From a virus: 64,000 nucleotides of DNA. Below the pieces are notes generated by a model that ran no database searches, was not told the origin of the DNA, and worked only from the letters and a program-made list of their open reading frames with translations. Shown in pieces: positions 1 to 10,922 of this stretch. The stretch's first letter is position 1. Every line of letters starts with the position of its first letter. The stretch is from the IMG/VR virus record IMGVR_UViG_3300046787_000438, positions 64,001 to 128,000 of that record, one strand, 5' to 3'. The translations under genes were made by a program, and so were the position numbers.

Positions 1-1220
1 GTGCCCCTGGGGTGATTGCTGTTGGTTCTGTAGACAATGGTGATACAAAATCTCCGTTCTCTAACTGGGGCATATGCGTAGACATCTTTGCGCCAGGGTC
101 ACGTATCGCTTCTAATACCCCCTCTAATCACTCAGGTTCGGTACAAAAGAGTGGTACTTCTCAAGCCAGCCCCTTTGTCTCTGGAATTATTGCCACCTAC
201 ATTTCTAGTGGATTTGCATCTACAGCTACATCGGCTGAAGCAATGTTGCATGCCTTATCTGATAAATCTGTAGTAGTCGGAGGCAAATCTACATACAACG
301 ACATAGCTATGGTGTCTAGGGTAGTTGCAGGAGTGCCTGTGACGACACCCTCAGCCCCAATGTTAGACAGGTCTTCTGTATCTCAGGACGTGTTTATTAT
401 GAACGTCACGGCCAAGTCCGTGTCGTTAGCTTGGACTCCCAAGGATAATGTCAACTACTACTCGGTAAAAATTGGACGTAGGGGGCAAGCTGGCTACATC
501 TACACCGCTAACACCTCTTACACGGAGCTGAGGGTGGATAACTTATATAGCAACACGGACTACGTAGTCAAGGTAGTTCCATACGGTAGAGGCGGGGTGA
601 AACTCTCTGAAGGGACTTTAACCTCTTTCTACGCTCCTTATGGACTTCCTAGTGCTCCGCAAAACTTCCAGATTAAAAACTACACGCTTACTTGGGGTGT
701 GCCTAACTATAACGGTGGTGCCACTGTCCCGTCGTATATCGTTCAAATTCTCAGGGGTGGGAGCTGGGCCAACCTCAGTGAGACTACAAATACCTACTAC
801 GCAATAGTTCAGCCAGGGGCTGGATCCTTAGATACCTATAGAGTAGTTTCGAAAACTAGTGCTGGCCTGGGAGCCCCTACAAACGAATTATCTACAGTTG
901 GAACTGGAATACCTAACGGATTTGAGCCAGTCCCTAACCTGCCTACTAAACTGCAGGGCACCGTTGTAGCATCTCAGCGGAGAGCTGGATCTGGAGCTGT
1001 AAATGTGTCTTGGAGTGTGATGGCAGGAGCTATTGGCTATGACATATATACCGCACCGCTGGGTACTGACCTCTGGTATATGGCTGGATCTGTATCATCT
1101 AGTGCTACCTCTAGAGTAGTTGCTATTCGACTTGGCCAAGACACTATGGTCAAGGTGGTGGCTAAGCTTAGCTCTGATACTACAAAAGATTTAGGTACTG
1201 TCCAATATCGCGGAAACTAA
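1..1220 (+). CDS. S8 subtilisin-like serine protease C-terminal part with fibronectin type III repeats (5' truncated by window edge)
   Basis: FSNWG..VDIFAPG and catalytic Ser motif SGTSQASPFVSG, followed by FN3-like segments; frame open to window start. Confidence 0.85.
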   Translation, partial: APGVIAVGSVDNGDTKSPFSNWGICVDIFAPGSRIASNTPSNHSGSVQKSGTSQASPFVSGIIATYISSGFASTATSAEAMLHALSDKSVVVGGKSTYNDIAMVSRVVAGVPVTTPSAPMLDRSSVSQDVFIMNVTAKSVSLAWTPKDNVNYYSVKIGRRGQAGYIYTANTSYTELRVDNLYSNTDYVVKVVPYGRGGVKLSEGTLTSFYAPYGLPSAPQNFQIKNYTLTWGVPNYNGGATVPSYIVQILRGGSWANLSETTNTYYAIVQPGAGSLDTYRVVSKTSAGLGAPTNELSTVGTGIPNGFEPVPNLPTKLQGTVVASQRRAGSGAVNVSWSVMAGAIGYDIYTAPLGTDLWYMAGSVSSSATSRVVAIRLGQDTMVKVVAKLSSDTTKDLGTVQYRGN

Positions 1221-1352
1221 GGTATTAAATATAACATACTAAACACCGCTATTTGCATAGTTAATGTACAAAACATAATATGCATAAAGTCACGCAAACT
1301 TAGATTTTAAATTGTGTAAATCTAGGTTATATGGCGTTGATATACTTCTTAT

Positions 1353-1919
1353 ATGCCTCTTAAAGAACTTGTCAAAGATAGACTCTGGGAGTACGAAAAC
1401 TTCCTAACTGATGATGAAGTAGATACTCTTCTACGCATAGCTGAATCTACCGATGAGGAGGGGTGGAGGGTCGATAATTTGAACCCTCATGATGGCCACT
1501 ATGCTGGTAAGTCTCTACATGTCGCTAAAATGCGCGAAGCAAAATATAAAATACAAGACATAAATTACAGAATTTCCTTGCTTTTTACAGGCACTAATCG
1601 GATGGTTCCGACTGGAACAATTGTTAGAAACTCTGAAACTTTGCACCCAGTCGGTCTTCATCGCGATAACGAAGATGAAAATATGATCGATAACAGGAAT
1701 GCTGAGTGTCGGTTTGGGATACTTGTATACCTCAATAGTGACTTCGATGGGGGCGAAATCTGCTATCCAGAATATGGAATTGAATATAAGCCTAAGCGAG
1801 GTGTCTTACTTATTCACCATGCTGGAAATTTGCACGGGGTAAATCCTGTCAGTAACGGTACTCGCTACTCCATGACTTCTTTTGCTTGGGGTTCGGAAGC
1901 TAAACTACTAGGTATATAG
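1353..1919 (+). CDS. 2OG-Fe(II) oxygenase (prolyl 4-hydroxylase-like)
   Basis: HRD ... YLNSDFDGGEI ... HGVNPV..G.RY facial-triad pattern. Confidence 0.85.
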   Translation: MPLKELVKDRLWEYENFLTDDEVDTLLRIAESTDEEGWRVDNLNPHDGHYAGKSLHVAKMREAKYKIQDINYRISLLFTGTNRMVPTGTIVRNSETLHPVGLHRDNEDENMIDNRNAECRFGILVYLNSDFDGGEICYPEYGIEYKPKRGVLLIHHAGNLHGVNPVSNGTRYSMTSFAWGSEAKLLGI

Positions 1920-2455
1920 TCTCTAAAGAAGAATATAAAGTTGAATCGACGTCCCTCTTTGACTGTGTGGACTCCATGTAAGTTCTCGGCGTTACCTCTA
2001 AACATGATGAGGTCCCCCTCCTCTAACTTAACTTCTAATCCATGGTGTTGGAAATAGAGTTCTCCGCCCTCGTAATCGCTATTCAACATAAGGATAGATG
2101 AATAGTGTAGCTCTACGCTTGGCTTACCATCGTAATGGTCGCCATCATCATCGTGCGCTGGATTGTGAGCACCAGTGTCCATGATATTTCCGTATAGACG
2201 CTTCATATCAAAGGTGTGCTTTATGTCGTAGTTACTTCTAAAGTGACTTTCTACCTTATTCAGAAGCACTCTTAATGGTTGTAGAAATGAATTATTTTCA
2301 TTGTAAAGCTCCGAGATACCAACAGTAGATAGTCGATACCCTGGTCTAAAAGCATCCGCTACTGCATATGTCTCTATCCAAGTTCTATATGCCGCGCATT
2401 GAGAAGGGGTTAGAACGCCCTTTACCAGGGTGTAAGGTAGCTTGGAGTCTGTCAT
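1865..2455 (-). CDS. 2OG-Fe(II) oxygenase (prolyl 4-hydroxylase-like)
   Basis: HDD ... LNSDYEGGELYF ... HGVHTVKEGRR. Confidence 0.85.
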   Translation of the reverse strand: MTDSKLPYTLVKGVLTPSQCAAYRTWIETYAVADAFRPGYRLSTVGISELYNENNSFLQPLRVLLNKVESHFRSNYDIKHTFDMKRLYGNIMDTGAHNPAHDDDGDHYDGKPSVELHYSSILMLNSDYEGGELYFQHHGLEVKLEEGDLIMFRGNAENLHGVHTVKEGRRFNFIFFFRDYIPSSLASEPQAKEVME

Positions 2456-2480
2456 GCATATAGTCTACTATAATATTCAT

Positions 2481-3392
2481 ATGAGTGACGAATCTAGTGT
2501 AATGCTCTCGTTGGGAGAAAACTCTACAATAGTAGCAAAGTCTGTAGCAGACTATGTCCTGAAACTTGAGCTACCTCCAGTAGATACCTCTCATATATAT
2601 ACCGACTTTGAAGATACCGTTTACACGGATAAAAACTCTTTTGGGTACCGTTCGCCTGAATTTTTGGACGCCGATATTGTCTATGCTGGCTGCTCCCAGA
2701 CCTGGGGAATTGGTATTCCTGATAGAGAGTATTTATGGGGGTCCATCATTGCCAATAAATTAGGCTTGAGCTATGCGAACCTGTCTGGGCCAGGGTGGTC
2801 AACTGAGAAAATAGTTAGGATGATATTTGCATACCTGGCAACTAATAAAAAACCTAAATATATTTTATGTCTATTTCCTAATATAACTAGATCGGAAATA
2901 CTAATAGATGAGCGATATCTAAAAATAGATAGAGGATACGTGCCATCATTCTTGGCCTCGGAAAGAGTTCGAGGTGTATATCCAGCTACTTATGAAGCAT
3001 ATGATTCAGAGCATAGAGCGTCGATATCAAAGCGTCCTCATGGTGTGGAGCATGTTAACACTGCTCTTGATGCTGTGAGATCTGGCATGCAATCAATAAA
3101 TATACTCAAAATCTACTGCAGCTCCCTTGGAATAGATTTCCATTGGTCATCCTGGGATGGTGTCTTTAGAGATCTAGCCTCGACTTTGGGTACTACAGAC
3201 TATATACCCGTAGATGTGGATAAAGAAGATGGTGGCCTATTCACTAAAGATTGCCATCAGGACTACAAACTAACCTGCGAGGAATTTTTTACTGTAGCTA
3301 ATGATAGAAAACTTGGCAATTTCCATGCTCATATGGGTGCTCACGAGCATCTCCACTACGCCAGTGCATTTTTAGATAAACTTCAAGTATGA
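2481..3392 (+). CDS. SGNH/GDSL-like acyl-hydrolase/transferase family phage protein (paralog 1)
   Basis: NSFGYR..AGCSQTWGIG, NLSGPG, C-terminal D...HMGAHEH; start moved to the ATG at 2481. Confidence 0.6.
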   Translation: MSDESSVMLSLGENSTIVAKSVADYVLKLELPPVDTSHIYTDFEDTVYTDKNSFGYRSPEFLDADIVYAGCSQTWGIGIPDREYLWGSIIANKLGLSYANLSGPGWSTEKIVRMIFAYLATNKKPKYILCLFPNITRSEILIDERYLKIDRGYVPSFLASERVRGVYPATYEAYDSEHRASISKRPHGVEHVNTALDAVRSGMQSINILKIYCSSLGIDFHWSSWDGVFRDLASTLGTTDYIPVDVDKEDGGLFTKDCHQDYKLTCEEFFTVANDRKLGNFHAHMGAHEHLHYASAFLDKLQV

Positions 3393-4825
3393 GAATACTT
3401 GGTATAAATGAAACAACACACGATGCGGCTGTCTCTGTTGTTGAAAATGGCCAAATACTTTTTGCTGCGCATGCTGAACGGTATTCCAAGAAGAAAAATG
3501 ATTGGTACACCAATAGAAAGCTGCTTTTAGAGGCACTATCATATGGCAAACCTGATCAAATTGCCTACTATGAGGACAGATGGCTAAAGAAGTGGCGCAT
3601 ATTCTCGCGCGGTGGGCTTGGTGGCGGTAAGCCTTTCTATAAGAGCATGCCAGAATTGCGTGATATTCCTACTTACACCGCATACCACCATCACTCACAT
3701 GCGGCAGCGGGGTACTACACTTCACCATTTGATGATGCAGTTGTTGTTGTCCTAGACGCTATTGGTGAATTCACTACCAGCTCGATCTGGATGGGTCAGG
3801 GAGACGAGCTTAGGCAAGTCAAGCGTTGGAAGTACCCATTTAGTTATGGTCTGTTCTACTCCGCCTTCACCGACCTTATTGGGTTAAAACCTAATGAGGA
3901 GGAGTACATCATGATGGGTATGGCTGCCTATGGCGACTGGACTAAGTACTACTACAAGGTTCTCCACTACTTCCCTAGATTTAATTATCAAACGTACAAC
4001 TTTCATAAAGGTATAGATAACTGGGGTCAGGGAATAACAGAGCAGGATCGGTTCGACATAGCTGCTGCTGTTCAGAAAGTCTATGAGCTCAGGCTTTGGG
4101 ACTTTATGCTCTATGCAAAGAAGAAAACTGGTAAGTCTAATCTTGTATTCATGGGTGGTTGCGCTTTAAATAGTAAGGCCAATACTGAGCTATGGGATCT
4201 ATTTGATGATATCTGGATTATGCCTAACCCAGGGGATGCTGGATCGTCTCTTGGAGCAGCAGCAATTGTTTACGGCAAAAAGCTAGACTGGCAAGGGCCA
4301 TATCTTGGAACAGACATCTCTGGAGAGTATCCAGTGGATAAGATAATAGAAGCACTTATTAAAGATAAGATAGCTCCAGTAGCTAGTGGAAGAGCAGAAT
4401 ATGGACCAAGAGCTCTCGGGAATCGTAGTATTCTCGCTGATCCTCGTGATCCTGACATCAAGGACAAGGTAAATAAAATTAAGCAGCGTGAGCTGTTTAG
4501 GCCGTTTGCTCCTGTAGTAATGGAGGAGTATGCAAGTGAGTGGTTTGATATGACCTATGCCTCGCCATATATGCAATTCACTCCTAGATGCCTAAAGCCA
4601 GAGCTTATACCTAGCGTTGTGCATGCTGACGGCACTTCTAGGGTTCAAACAATAAATAAAGAGCAGCACCCAGGGTTGTATGCTGTACTAAGTGCTTTCT
4701 ATCAAAAAACTGGAGTTCCAATTCTATTGAATACTAGTTTGAATATAAAAGGTCAACCAGTTTTAAATGATGACGTAGATGTTTTTGCCTGGGAATCCTA
4801 CTACGAGAAGGGTGTCATATCGTGA
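3389..4825 (+). CDS. Carbamoyltransferase (NodU/CmcH family)
   Basis: HDAA, HHHSHAA, DAIGE, GGCALN, GDAGSSLGAA, GRAEYGPRALGNRSILADP, RPFAP, DGTSRVQT, LNTSLN. Confidence 0.95.
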   Translation: MRILGINETTHDAAVSVVENGQILFAAHAERYSKKKNDWYTNRKLLLEALSYGKPDQIAYYEDRWLKKWRIFSRGGLGGGKPFYKSMPELRDIPTYTAYHHHSHAAAGYYTSPFDDAVVVVLDAIGEFTTSSIWMGQGDELRQVKRWKYPFSYGLFYSAFTDLIGLKPNEEEYIMMGMAAYGDWTKYYYKVLHYFPRFNYQTYNFHKGIDNWGQGITEQDRFDIAAAVQKVYELRLWDFMLYAKKKTGKSNLVFMGGCALNSKANTELWDLFDDIWIMPNPGDAGSSLGAAAIVYGKKLDWQGPYLGTDISGEYPVDKIIEALIKDKIAPVASGRAEYGPRALGNRSILADPRDPDIKDKVNKIKQRELFRPFAPVVMEEYASEWFDMTYASPYMQFTPRCLKPELIPSVVHADGTSRVQTINKEQHPGLYAVLSAFYQKTGVPILLNTSLNIKGQPVLNDDVDVFAWESYYEKGVIS

Positions 4826-4917
4826 TGAAGATTGCATACTACATAGAACGTGCATACCTGAAAATTAAATATTGCTTATTTCCTAAGAAAAAGCCAAAGA
4901 GAGACTTTATATACTGA
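4825..4917 (+). CDS. Small basic protein (30 aa, MKIAYYIERAYLKIKYCLFPKKKPKRDFIY)
   Basis: Translated by hand; TGATG coupling to both neighbours. Confidence 0.5.
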   Translation: MKIAYYIERAYLKIKYCLFPKKKPKRDFIY

Positions 4918-5579
4918 TGAGATCCGAACCTAAACTAAATCCTGAAAGCTCTAAAGAAGAGTTCTATGAAGATCCTATTTTTACAAAAGAAAATAGATAC
5001 CTGGAGAAAAAATTTGACACCTTATCTGGAGTTATCTCCCCTGAAGAGAGTACTGCATTAGAAAATTTTATTAACTCTAAGCTTTCAGCTAATACTACTG
5101 ACTTAGATATTAGTCAAGTGCGCACCCTACAATACCGACCTGATGAATGGGATTCTATGGGAGTAGTGCAGAAAGTTCAAGATATTGCTAGGGACCATAT
5201 CTATAAGACTTATGCAGTCTGTGGCCAACTAGAACCTAGGAGTTTTTCTATTCTGCGCACGGAAGACGTGCAAACATATAAAGAAGAGTACGGGCTGTAC
5301 AATCAGAATAACGAAATTCTATACACTGCAATAGTCACTGCCTCCCACCCTGATGACTACTATTCTGGGGAGACCCTCTACTTAAATAACGGAGAGGGGT
5401 TCAGGCCTGCCAGATCCGATGTAGTTATTCATAGAAATGAAAGGCTAAACGACTGGGAGATAGTTGAAGTTGTGACGGGGGTAAGGCTGGATCTAATTAT
5501 TGTCTTTCAAGAAATAGATCGCAAGGTCTCGTACGACTACCCTATAGATCAATTAGATGAAGCATCTGTTAATTTTTAA
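4917..5579 (+). CDS. Degenerate 2OG-Fe(II) oxygenase-like protein
   Basis: DDYYSGET..., EIVEVVTGVR resemble the oxygenase fold; HxD/H ligands not evident. Confidence 0.45.
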   Translation: MRSEPKLNPESSKEEFYEDPIFTKENRYLEKKFDTLSGVISPEESTALENFINSKLSANTTDLDISQVRTLQYRPDEWDSMGVVQKVQDIARDHIYKTYAVCGQLEPRSFSILRTEDVQTYKEEYGLYNQNNEILYTAIVTASHPDDYYSGETLYLNNGEGFRPARSDVVIHRNERLNDWEIVEVVTGVRLDLIIVFQEIDRKVSYDYPIDQLDEASVNF

Positions 5580-5582
5580 TTC

Positions 5583-6236
5583 TTAGTTATTAGCCCTATG
5601 AGCGGCCCAGGCATCATCCTGCGCCGAGAAAAAGTTGGTTAGGCTACATCTAAAGCCATCAGTCACTTCGTATACTTCATGCGGCATATCAGATGGTGAG
5701 ATGACTAAAGCGCCTCTAGAAGGTGTAACTCTCGGTCCAGCATCGTATACAAGATCTCCACCAACAAACTGGTCTGGGTTGCTCACGTAGAAAACGAGTG
5801 CAAACTCATGGCAGTCAACATGATTATTGAAGCTGTGCCCTGCTGAATAGACGTGGATTGGATCAAACTTAATTGCACCTGGATCGACAAACTTTTTAGG
5901 ATTGTTAATTAGTCTTAAATATTCCTCAATTACTGGGATCAGGTTATGCTGCAACTTTTCGATAATGTCCTGGATATGCTTTGGTCCAAGCTTGGTGTGG
6001 ACATTCTTAGACCCCCAGAAGTCCTTAAGTCGGCCAACATCTCTAGTGATAGTGTGATCTAGCTGAATGAATGCTGACTCACCATATTTACTATCTATTT
6101 CCATCTGTGCCCGAGATTCTTCAGTCTCTGCAAGCTTAGTCTCCACTGCATAGTTGTGTAGAAGAATGCACTCTTCATCGGTCAAGATGTCTCGAGTAAT
6201 GGCTATAGGGGTTTCATCGAAAAATTCAAAGTTCAT
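5583..6236 (-). CDS. 2OG-Fe(II) oxygenase
   Basis: HVD, FVGGDL, HEVYEVTDGFR. Confidence 0.8.
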   Translation of the reverse strand: MNFEFFDETPIAITRDILTDEECILLHNYAVETKLAETEESRAQMEIDSKYGESAFIQLDHTITRDVGRLKDFWGSKNVHTKLGPKHIQDIIEKLQHNLIPVIEEYLRLINNPKKFVDPGAIKFDPIHVYSAGHSFNNHVDCHEFALVFYVSNPDQFVGGDLVYDAGPRVTPSRGALVISPSDMPHEVYEVTDGFRCSLTNFFSAQDDAWAAHRANN

Positions 6237-6325
6237 GCCCTTATTTTACCAGAGTCCTAGGCACCGTATAATGGTATCCTTCTAGTATTAAAATGTACTA
6301 TACGCCACTATTGTAGGGACTACAG

Positions 6326-6721
6326 ATGGGGACTCCGAAGAAGGTTAAAATTGGCGGTCAGATCTTCAAGATTGAAGAGCGCACGATCAAGTCTGACGGC
6401 ACCCTAAATGACAATTCTTATGGCTACACTATTGATCAGGGTAACCTAATAGTGATAGATGCCAATATTGCTTTCACTAAAAAACAACAAACTCTTCTAC
6501 ATGAAATCATCCATGTCATAACTATGGTGTACTCTGGTCAAGTTCAGCCAAAGCCAAAAGATGATTATGATGTTTGGGAACATCATTTCATTGGAATTTG
6601 GGAAGCACCTATGCTATCGTTCATAAAAGACAATCCCGATATTATCGAATGGTTACAGTTGGAAGAGGATTTTAATGGGGCGCAAGAAAAAGCCAAGCCT
6701 ACCCGTGGGGCCAAAGCCTAA
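6326..6721 (+). CDS. Putative Zn metallopeptidase-like phage protein
   Basis: TLLHEIIH (HExxH). Confidence 0.55.
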   Translation: MGTPKKVKIGGQIFKIEERTIKSDGTLNDNSYGYTIDQGNLIVIDANIAFTKKQQTLLHEIIHVITMVYSGQVQPKPKDDYDVWEHHFIGIWEAPMLSFIKDNPDIIEWLQLEEDFNGAQEKAKPTRGAKA

Positions 6722-7025
6722 TGATGGTTGGGTGTATCTCACTGAGATACAGATAAATGGACGTCACGTTTCCAAAGGCACTGAGTTGAAAATCTCTGGC
6801 GAACGTGGTAGATTTCGATTTGTACAACATGTAACTACATCTGATGGCAAAGTCTGGGTGGACGTCTATGGCGGACCTAGGCATATGGAAACTATGAGAA
6901 GTTTCTATCCTGACCGTATTAAGCGAGTTCATTATAAAAATCAAACGGTAGCCAATTTGGCCATTGAACATAAAGAAAAGATGGCTGCTAAGAGAGCCGA
7001 ACTGGAAGTAAACGATAATGAGTAA
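6675..7025 (+). CDS. Hypothetical phage protein
   Basis: ORF with GAGGA RBS, 116 aa. Confidence 0.6.
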   Translation: MGRKKKPSLPVGPKPNDGWVYLTEIQINGRHVSKGTELKISGERGRFRFVQHVTTSDGKVWVDVYGGPRHMETMRSFYPDRIKRVHYKNQTVANLAIEHKEKMAAKRAELEVNDNE

Positions 7026-7133
7026 TGATAAGGATTGCTGCCATAAATGCGGTGCCTGGTATAAACTAGAATTTCTATTTAGTGGCCTGTGTCCATTTTG
7101 TAGAGGAACCCTAAAAAATGAAGGAGTACATCG

Positions 7134-7562
7134 GTGGGCGTGAAGATTAAAGTTGTTGGGGATATCCTGCCTAAGTACGCTACTCGCGGTGATGCTGGAG
7201 CTGATCTAGTTTCATCGGAAGATGTACGCATTGCTGCCCGCCAACGAGTTTTAGTTAAGACTGGCATTAAGATTGCAATCCCTGAGGGATATGTTGGATT
7301 GGTACACCCTAGAAGTGGTTTGGCGTTAAAGCATGGAATTACTGTGCTCAATGCTCCAGGAACTATCGATGCTGGATATCGTGGAGAAGTTGGTGTCATC
7401 TTGTTGAATACTGGGTCGCTCGACTTTGAAGTTAAAGCTGGCGACCGCATTGCCCAGCTGGTAATCCAAAAGGTTGAATATGCTGAGTTTGAAATTGTAG
7501 ACGCCCTAACTGAAACCGATAGAGGCGATGGTGGATTTGGATCTACTGGAGTTACTAGCTAA
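7134..7562 (+). CDS. dut: dUTPase (trimeric)
   Basis: [38 protein letters not shown]. Confidence 0.97.
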   Translation: MGVKIKVVGDILPKYATRGDAGADLVSSEDVRIAARQRVLVKTGIKIAIPEGYVGLVHPRSGLALKHGITVLNAPGTIDAGYRGEVGVILLNTGSLDFEVKAGDRIAQLVIQKVEYAEFEIVDALTETDRGDGGFGSTGVTS

Positions 7563-8590
7563 TGGGACACTCTTATCCAAAAAATCCTAATAGAGATTAT
7601 AGTGAAGACCTAAAGTTAGAACTCGACCCCTCTCTTTGGGAAGATACTGGAATCTACACTAAAGAGCAACTTCTATCTATATTTGGTATTTATGCCCTGC
7701 GTACGCGTAATTCCGAGGATATGCCCGACTGGTCAGAAACTGTAGACTCAGTGCACATATATAATCAGAACTCTTATGGATATAGGGACCGTGAGTACTC
7801 TGGCCCCTCTGAGTTGATTGCTGCTGGGTGCTCGCATACTTTTGGTCAAGGTGTACATGAAGATGGGAGATGGTCAACTCTTCTAGGCGAGCAATTAGGG
7901 CTGACTACTGCGACTCTTGCAGTCCCTGGGTGGGGGACTAAAACTGCCATTAGTGCAGTCATGCATCATATTAAACGATATGGCAAGCCTAAAGTAGTTG
8001 CGCTACTACTCCCTGACTTTTCTAGATTCGACACTATTACTAACTCTAGGTATTGCGTAGAAGAAAAATTTAATACTGGCAGCATCAACCCAGTTAGATT
8101 AACCCACACGAATAGGTCTATGAAGAATGCTGATACTCCTAAGTACGCTAAGCGCCCTTTCCCTATTGATAAAGTATTAAATGCTGAAGCTGCATATTTT
8201 GCATCTGGTCAGGCCTTGGCTCATTTCTCTGAATACTGTAAAGAGGCTGGAATTAATCTAGTCTGGGCTACATGGGACTTTAGATTAGATTACCTGACTC
8301 GATATGTCAGAGACTTAACTACTACTGCAGAAGACGAGAGGGATTTTAGCGACTTGAAGTTATCTGAGACCCATCTTCCGTACACTAACTTTGATAACTA
8401 TATAGATATGGAATTTTTCTATCTGGAGGGTAGCTGTGTAGATGACTTCTCTAAACTTGATTGCCACCAAGAATTGAGAGACAAGCACGGTAACTGCTGC
8501 TTTGATGAGGCAACCGATAAGCAAGAGCATATGGGAGTGCATATGCATGCTCATATTGCTGATAAATTCTACTCTAGGCTAGACCACTGA
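7562..8590 (+). CDS. SGNH-like family protein (paralog 2)
   Basis: NSYGYR, AGCSHTFGQG, D..HMGVHMH. Confidence 0.6.
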   Translation: MGHSYPKNPNRDYSEDLKLELDPSLWEDTGIYTKEQLLSIFGIYALRTRNSEDMPDWSETVDSVHIYNQNSYGYRDREYSGPSELIAAGCSHTFGQGVHEDGRWSTLLGEQLGLTTATLAVPGWGTKTAISAVMHHIKRYGKPKVVALLLPDFSRFDTITNSRYCVEEKFNTGSINPVRLTHTNRSMKNADTPKYAKRPFPIDKVLNAEAAYFASGQALAHFSEYCKEAGINLVWATWDFRLDYLTRYVRDLTTTAEDERDFSDLKLSETHLPYTNFDNYIDMEFFYLEGSCVDDFSKLDCHQELRDKHGNCCFDEATDKQEHMGVHMHAHIADKFYSRLDH

Positions 8591-9354
8591 GTCTGCCCCC
8601 CCCCCTCCCCGTAGACGGGTGGCACGGATAGTCTTTCTCGGATGGCATCTAAAATTGCAGGATCATCCTGCTGATCTTTAGATGGGGCAAACATGGCTCG
8701 AGTTCTATGGCCCTCTACTGTACTATCATCTTTTATGTAATAGAAGAGAGCGATACTTTTTCTATTCTGCCCCCTTGTTGCAGACAGTTTTTCTGGCAGC
8801 CCATGCCATGAATTTTGCGTGGTGTCAAAAATTATAGCTCTATTGAAGCTAGGTTCTATCTCCTTGACTAATTCTCCAGGACTACCACTCTCATCTGCTG
8901 ACCACAGTTGGAGGTTACCTCCCCAGGTGGGCTGCCAGTGGGGGTTTAAGTAGATTACTATATTTAGTTTACGCTTTAGTCCTAATTTAGGATGAAGCTC
9001 TGCATCTTGATGTAAGTTCAGCTTTCCAGTGGTTCCACTGTGTATATGCATCCCTCCACCATGAAGTCCATAGTCCGATACTAGCCCCTCTATTCCTGTA
9101 AGTGTCTCTAGCTGATTTATGAACTTTTGGGAGCATAGATAGAAAAAAGCTGCATATATGCTTTTTGGATATCCGTCCCAGTGCGTTGAGATCCTCTTAT
9201 CCTCTAATTCGTTTGAGTGTCGGGTTAGCCATCTAGGATCGTCATACTCATAGAAATCGGAGGCAAGCTGCACTGCGGTGGCGGTATCAAAGAAATCATC
9301 TATCACCCAGTGATCAAATGGAGTAGAGTTGTGTGCGGCATCTTGCATAGCCAA
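8569..9354 (-). CDS. 2OG-Fe(II) oxygenase
   Basis: LHGGGMH, LNLHQD, YLNPHWQPTWGGNLQLW, SWHG, RKS. Confidence 0.88.
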   Translation of the reverse strand: MAMQDAAHNSTPFDHWVIDDFFDTATAVQLASDFYEYDDPRWLTRHSNELEDKRISTHWDGYPKSIYAAFFYLCSQKFINQLETLTGIEGLVSDYGLHGGGMHIHSGTTGKLNLHQDAELHPKLGLKRKLNIVIYLNPHWQPTWGGNLQLWSADESGSPGELVKEIEPSFNRAIIFDTTQNSWHGLPEKLSATRGQNRKSIALFYYIKDDSTVEGHRTRAMFAPSKDQQDDPAILDAIRERLSVPPVYGEGGGQTQWSSLE

Positions 9355-9744
9355 ATTATATCAATTAATATAGTTAAATTAGGATTAAGTATGAAAGATG
9401 ATCTGGTTGAGAAGCGGACTTTATTTGGTTGGTGCATAACTGGCCATCACAAGATCTGTATACTTGAATTCCCTGGACACCGCTGCGGTTGCCAGTGCCA
9501 TGTGGCAGAGGAGATTGAAAATGTCAGTAGTTAGTGAATATCAAAGTAGCGGAACTGCTGGAATGTGGGCAGTCATTATTTTGGAAGATGGCTTAGTATT
9601 TGAAGGGGTCGTCAAAAATGAGCTGTCGCAGGGCATATACCTAGCGATCGGAGGGGATCCAAGTCGACTGACCTTGTTTCCTTGGGGCAGAGTCGCTAGG
9701 GTCAGCTATAAATTAACTGACTAACTGAGTGATAAGATAGCCGC

Positions 9745-10209
9745 ATGGGTATTAATATGTTGGCAAATTATTTGTCCAGAAGCCAGATTAGAGAATATCT
9801 CTCCTACATTCTAGAAAATGGGACTGACCTTATTGTAGAGAGTCCTGATGGTGTGCACGTCGCTGAGCCCCTTAACATCAGAATTGGCTCTTCAATCAAC
9901 TCCATAAACCTATTTCACGTAGGGCGACACGACGATGATCGAACTAAACTAACTCAACAGCAAGTAGTACTTAGTGCTAACGATATTAAGCCATCTCTAC
10001 CCGATGAGGCGCTTGTTATCGGAGTCATTTACATGTCCAAGCTTGGACGCGACTACAGCGGAGATCGAGATATTCTAGGTGAAGATTCCTATAACGGAGA
10101 TATCGGGGATGTTATCTGGTTTGATAGAGCTAGCTGGAATGAGTTCTCGCTCGGTAAAACCGTGGACGGTGTCAACTGTAGACTTTTTGTCTTTTGGAGG
10201 GTAGCCTAG
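9745..10209 (+). CDS. Hypothetical protein
   Basis: 154-aa ORF in co-oriented run. Confidence 0.5.
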   Translation: MGINMLANYLSRSQIREYLSYILENGTDLIVESPDGVHVAEPLNIRIGSSINSINLFHVGRHDDDRTKLTQQQVVLSANDIKPSLPDEALVIGVIYMSKLGRDYSGDRDILGEDSYNGDIGDVIWFDRASWNEFSLGKTVDGVNCRLFVFWRVA

Positions 10210-10922
10210 TGTTTTTTGATCCAGTACCTCTAAAGAACATATTTACCGAAAACCAGCGGATTGAGCTGTTAGGGGTTGTTGATGAGTACCTGAGTCCCGA
10301 TAAGAAATACTACTTCGATGACATCAGCGATAGGGAAGTACGACGAGCTAAAGGCCTAGCTAAATTTAATGAAATTCTTGAGCCGATTGCCAAGGAAGTT
10401 TTTGATGATGAGACACTAAAGGCAACTTACAGTATCCTGCTTAGCTATGACGCTAAATCACATTTGGTAGGTCATCATGACACTAATGCAAACATTTACA
10501 CGATTAACTATTGCGTTAAGTCTAACGTCGAGTGGCCTATCTGGTTTGGTACTGATGAAGATCGAATTGGATTAGACATACCAGAAGGCGAAGCATTAGC
10601 ATTTATGGGCTGCGATGATTTCCATTACAGGGAGCATACAGATCGGGAGGATGCAGAGCTTGTACTAGTCATGTTCCACTTCTGTCCATCAGATCATTGG
10701 TATTTCACTAAAGGGGAGGCGCACTTCAAGGACGTGCAGGACCACTTCGAGGTAGTTGGCAAAGTTCGTAAAGAAGCTGAAGATTTAGAGTGGTCTAGAG
10801 ATAATAACCCTAATGTATCTGAAGAAGATCTAGAAATTTTAAACGTCGCTATTGAAAATATGAGGAGCGAGCTAGTAAGACTAGAGGCGATGCATGATCG
10901 AATCAATGGGCTCATTGGATAA
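10194..10922 (+). CDS. 2OG-Fe(II) oxygenase-like protein
   Basis: HHD, WPIW, GEALAFMG...HYRE pattern. Confidence 0.65.
   Translation: MEGSLVFFDPVPLKNIFTENQRIELLGVVDEYLSPDKKYYFDDISDREVRRAKGLAKFNEILEPIAKEVFDDETLKATYSILLSYDAKSHLVGHHDTNANIYTINYCVKSNVEWPIWFGTDEDRIGLDIPEGEALAFMGCDDFHYREHTDREDAELVLVMFHFCPSDHWYFTKGEAHFKDVQDHFEVVGKVRKEAEDLEWSRDNNPNVSEEDLEILNVAIENMRSELVRLEAMHDRINGLIG

Noticed and set aside
8596-8605. C10 homopolymer in an oxygenase 3' end (also C11 at 55900-55910) as phase-variation sites
   Set aside because: The first affects only the last few codons and the second is intergenic; no support without read data
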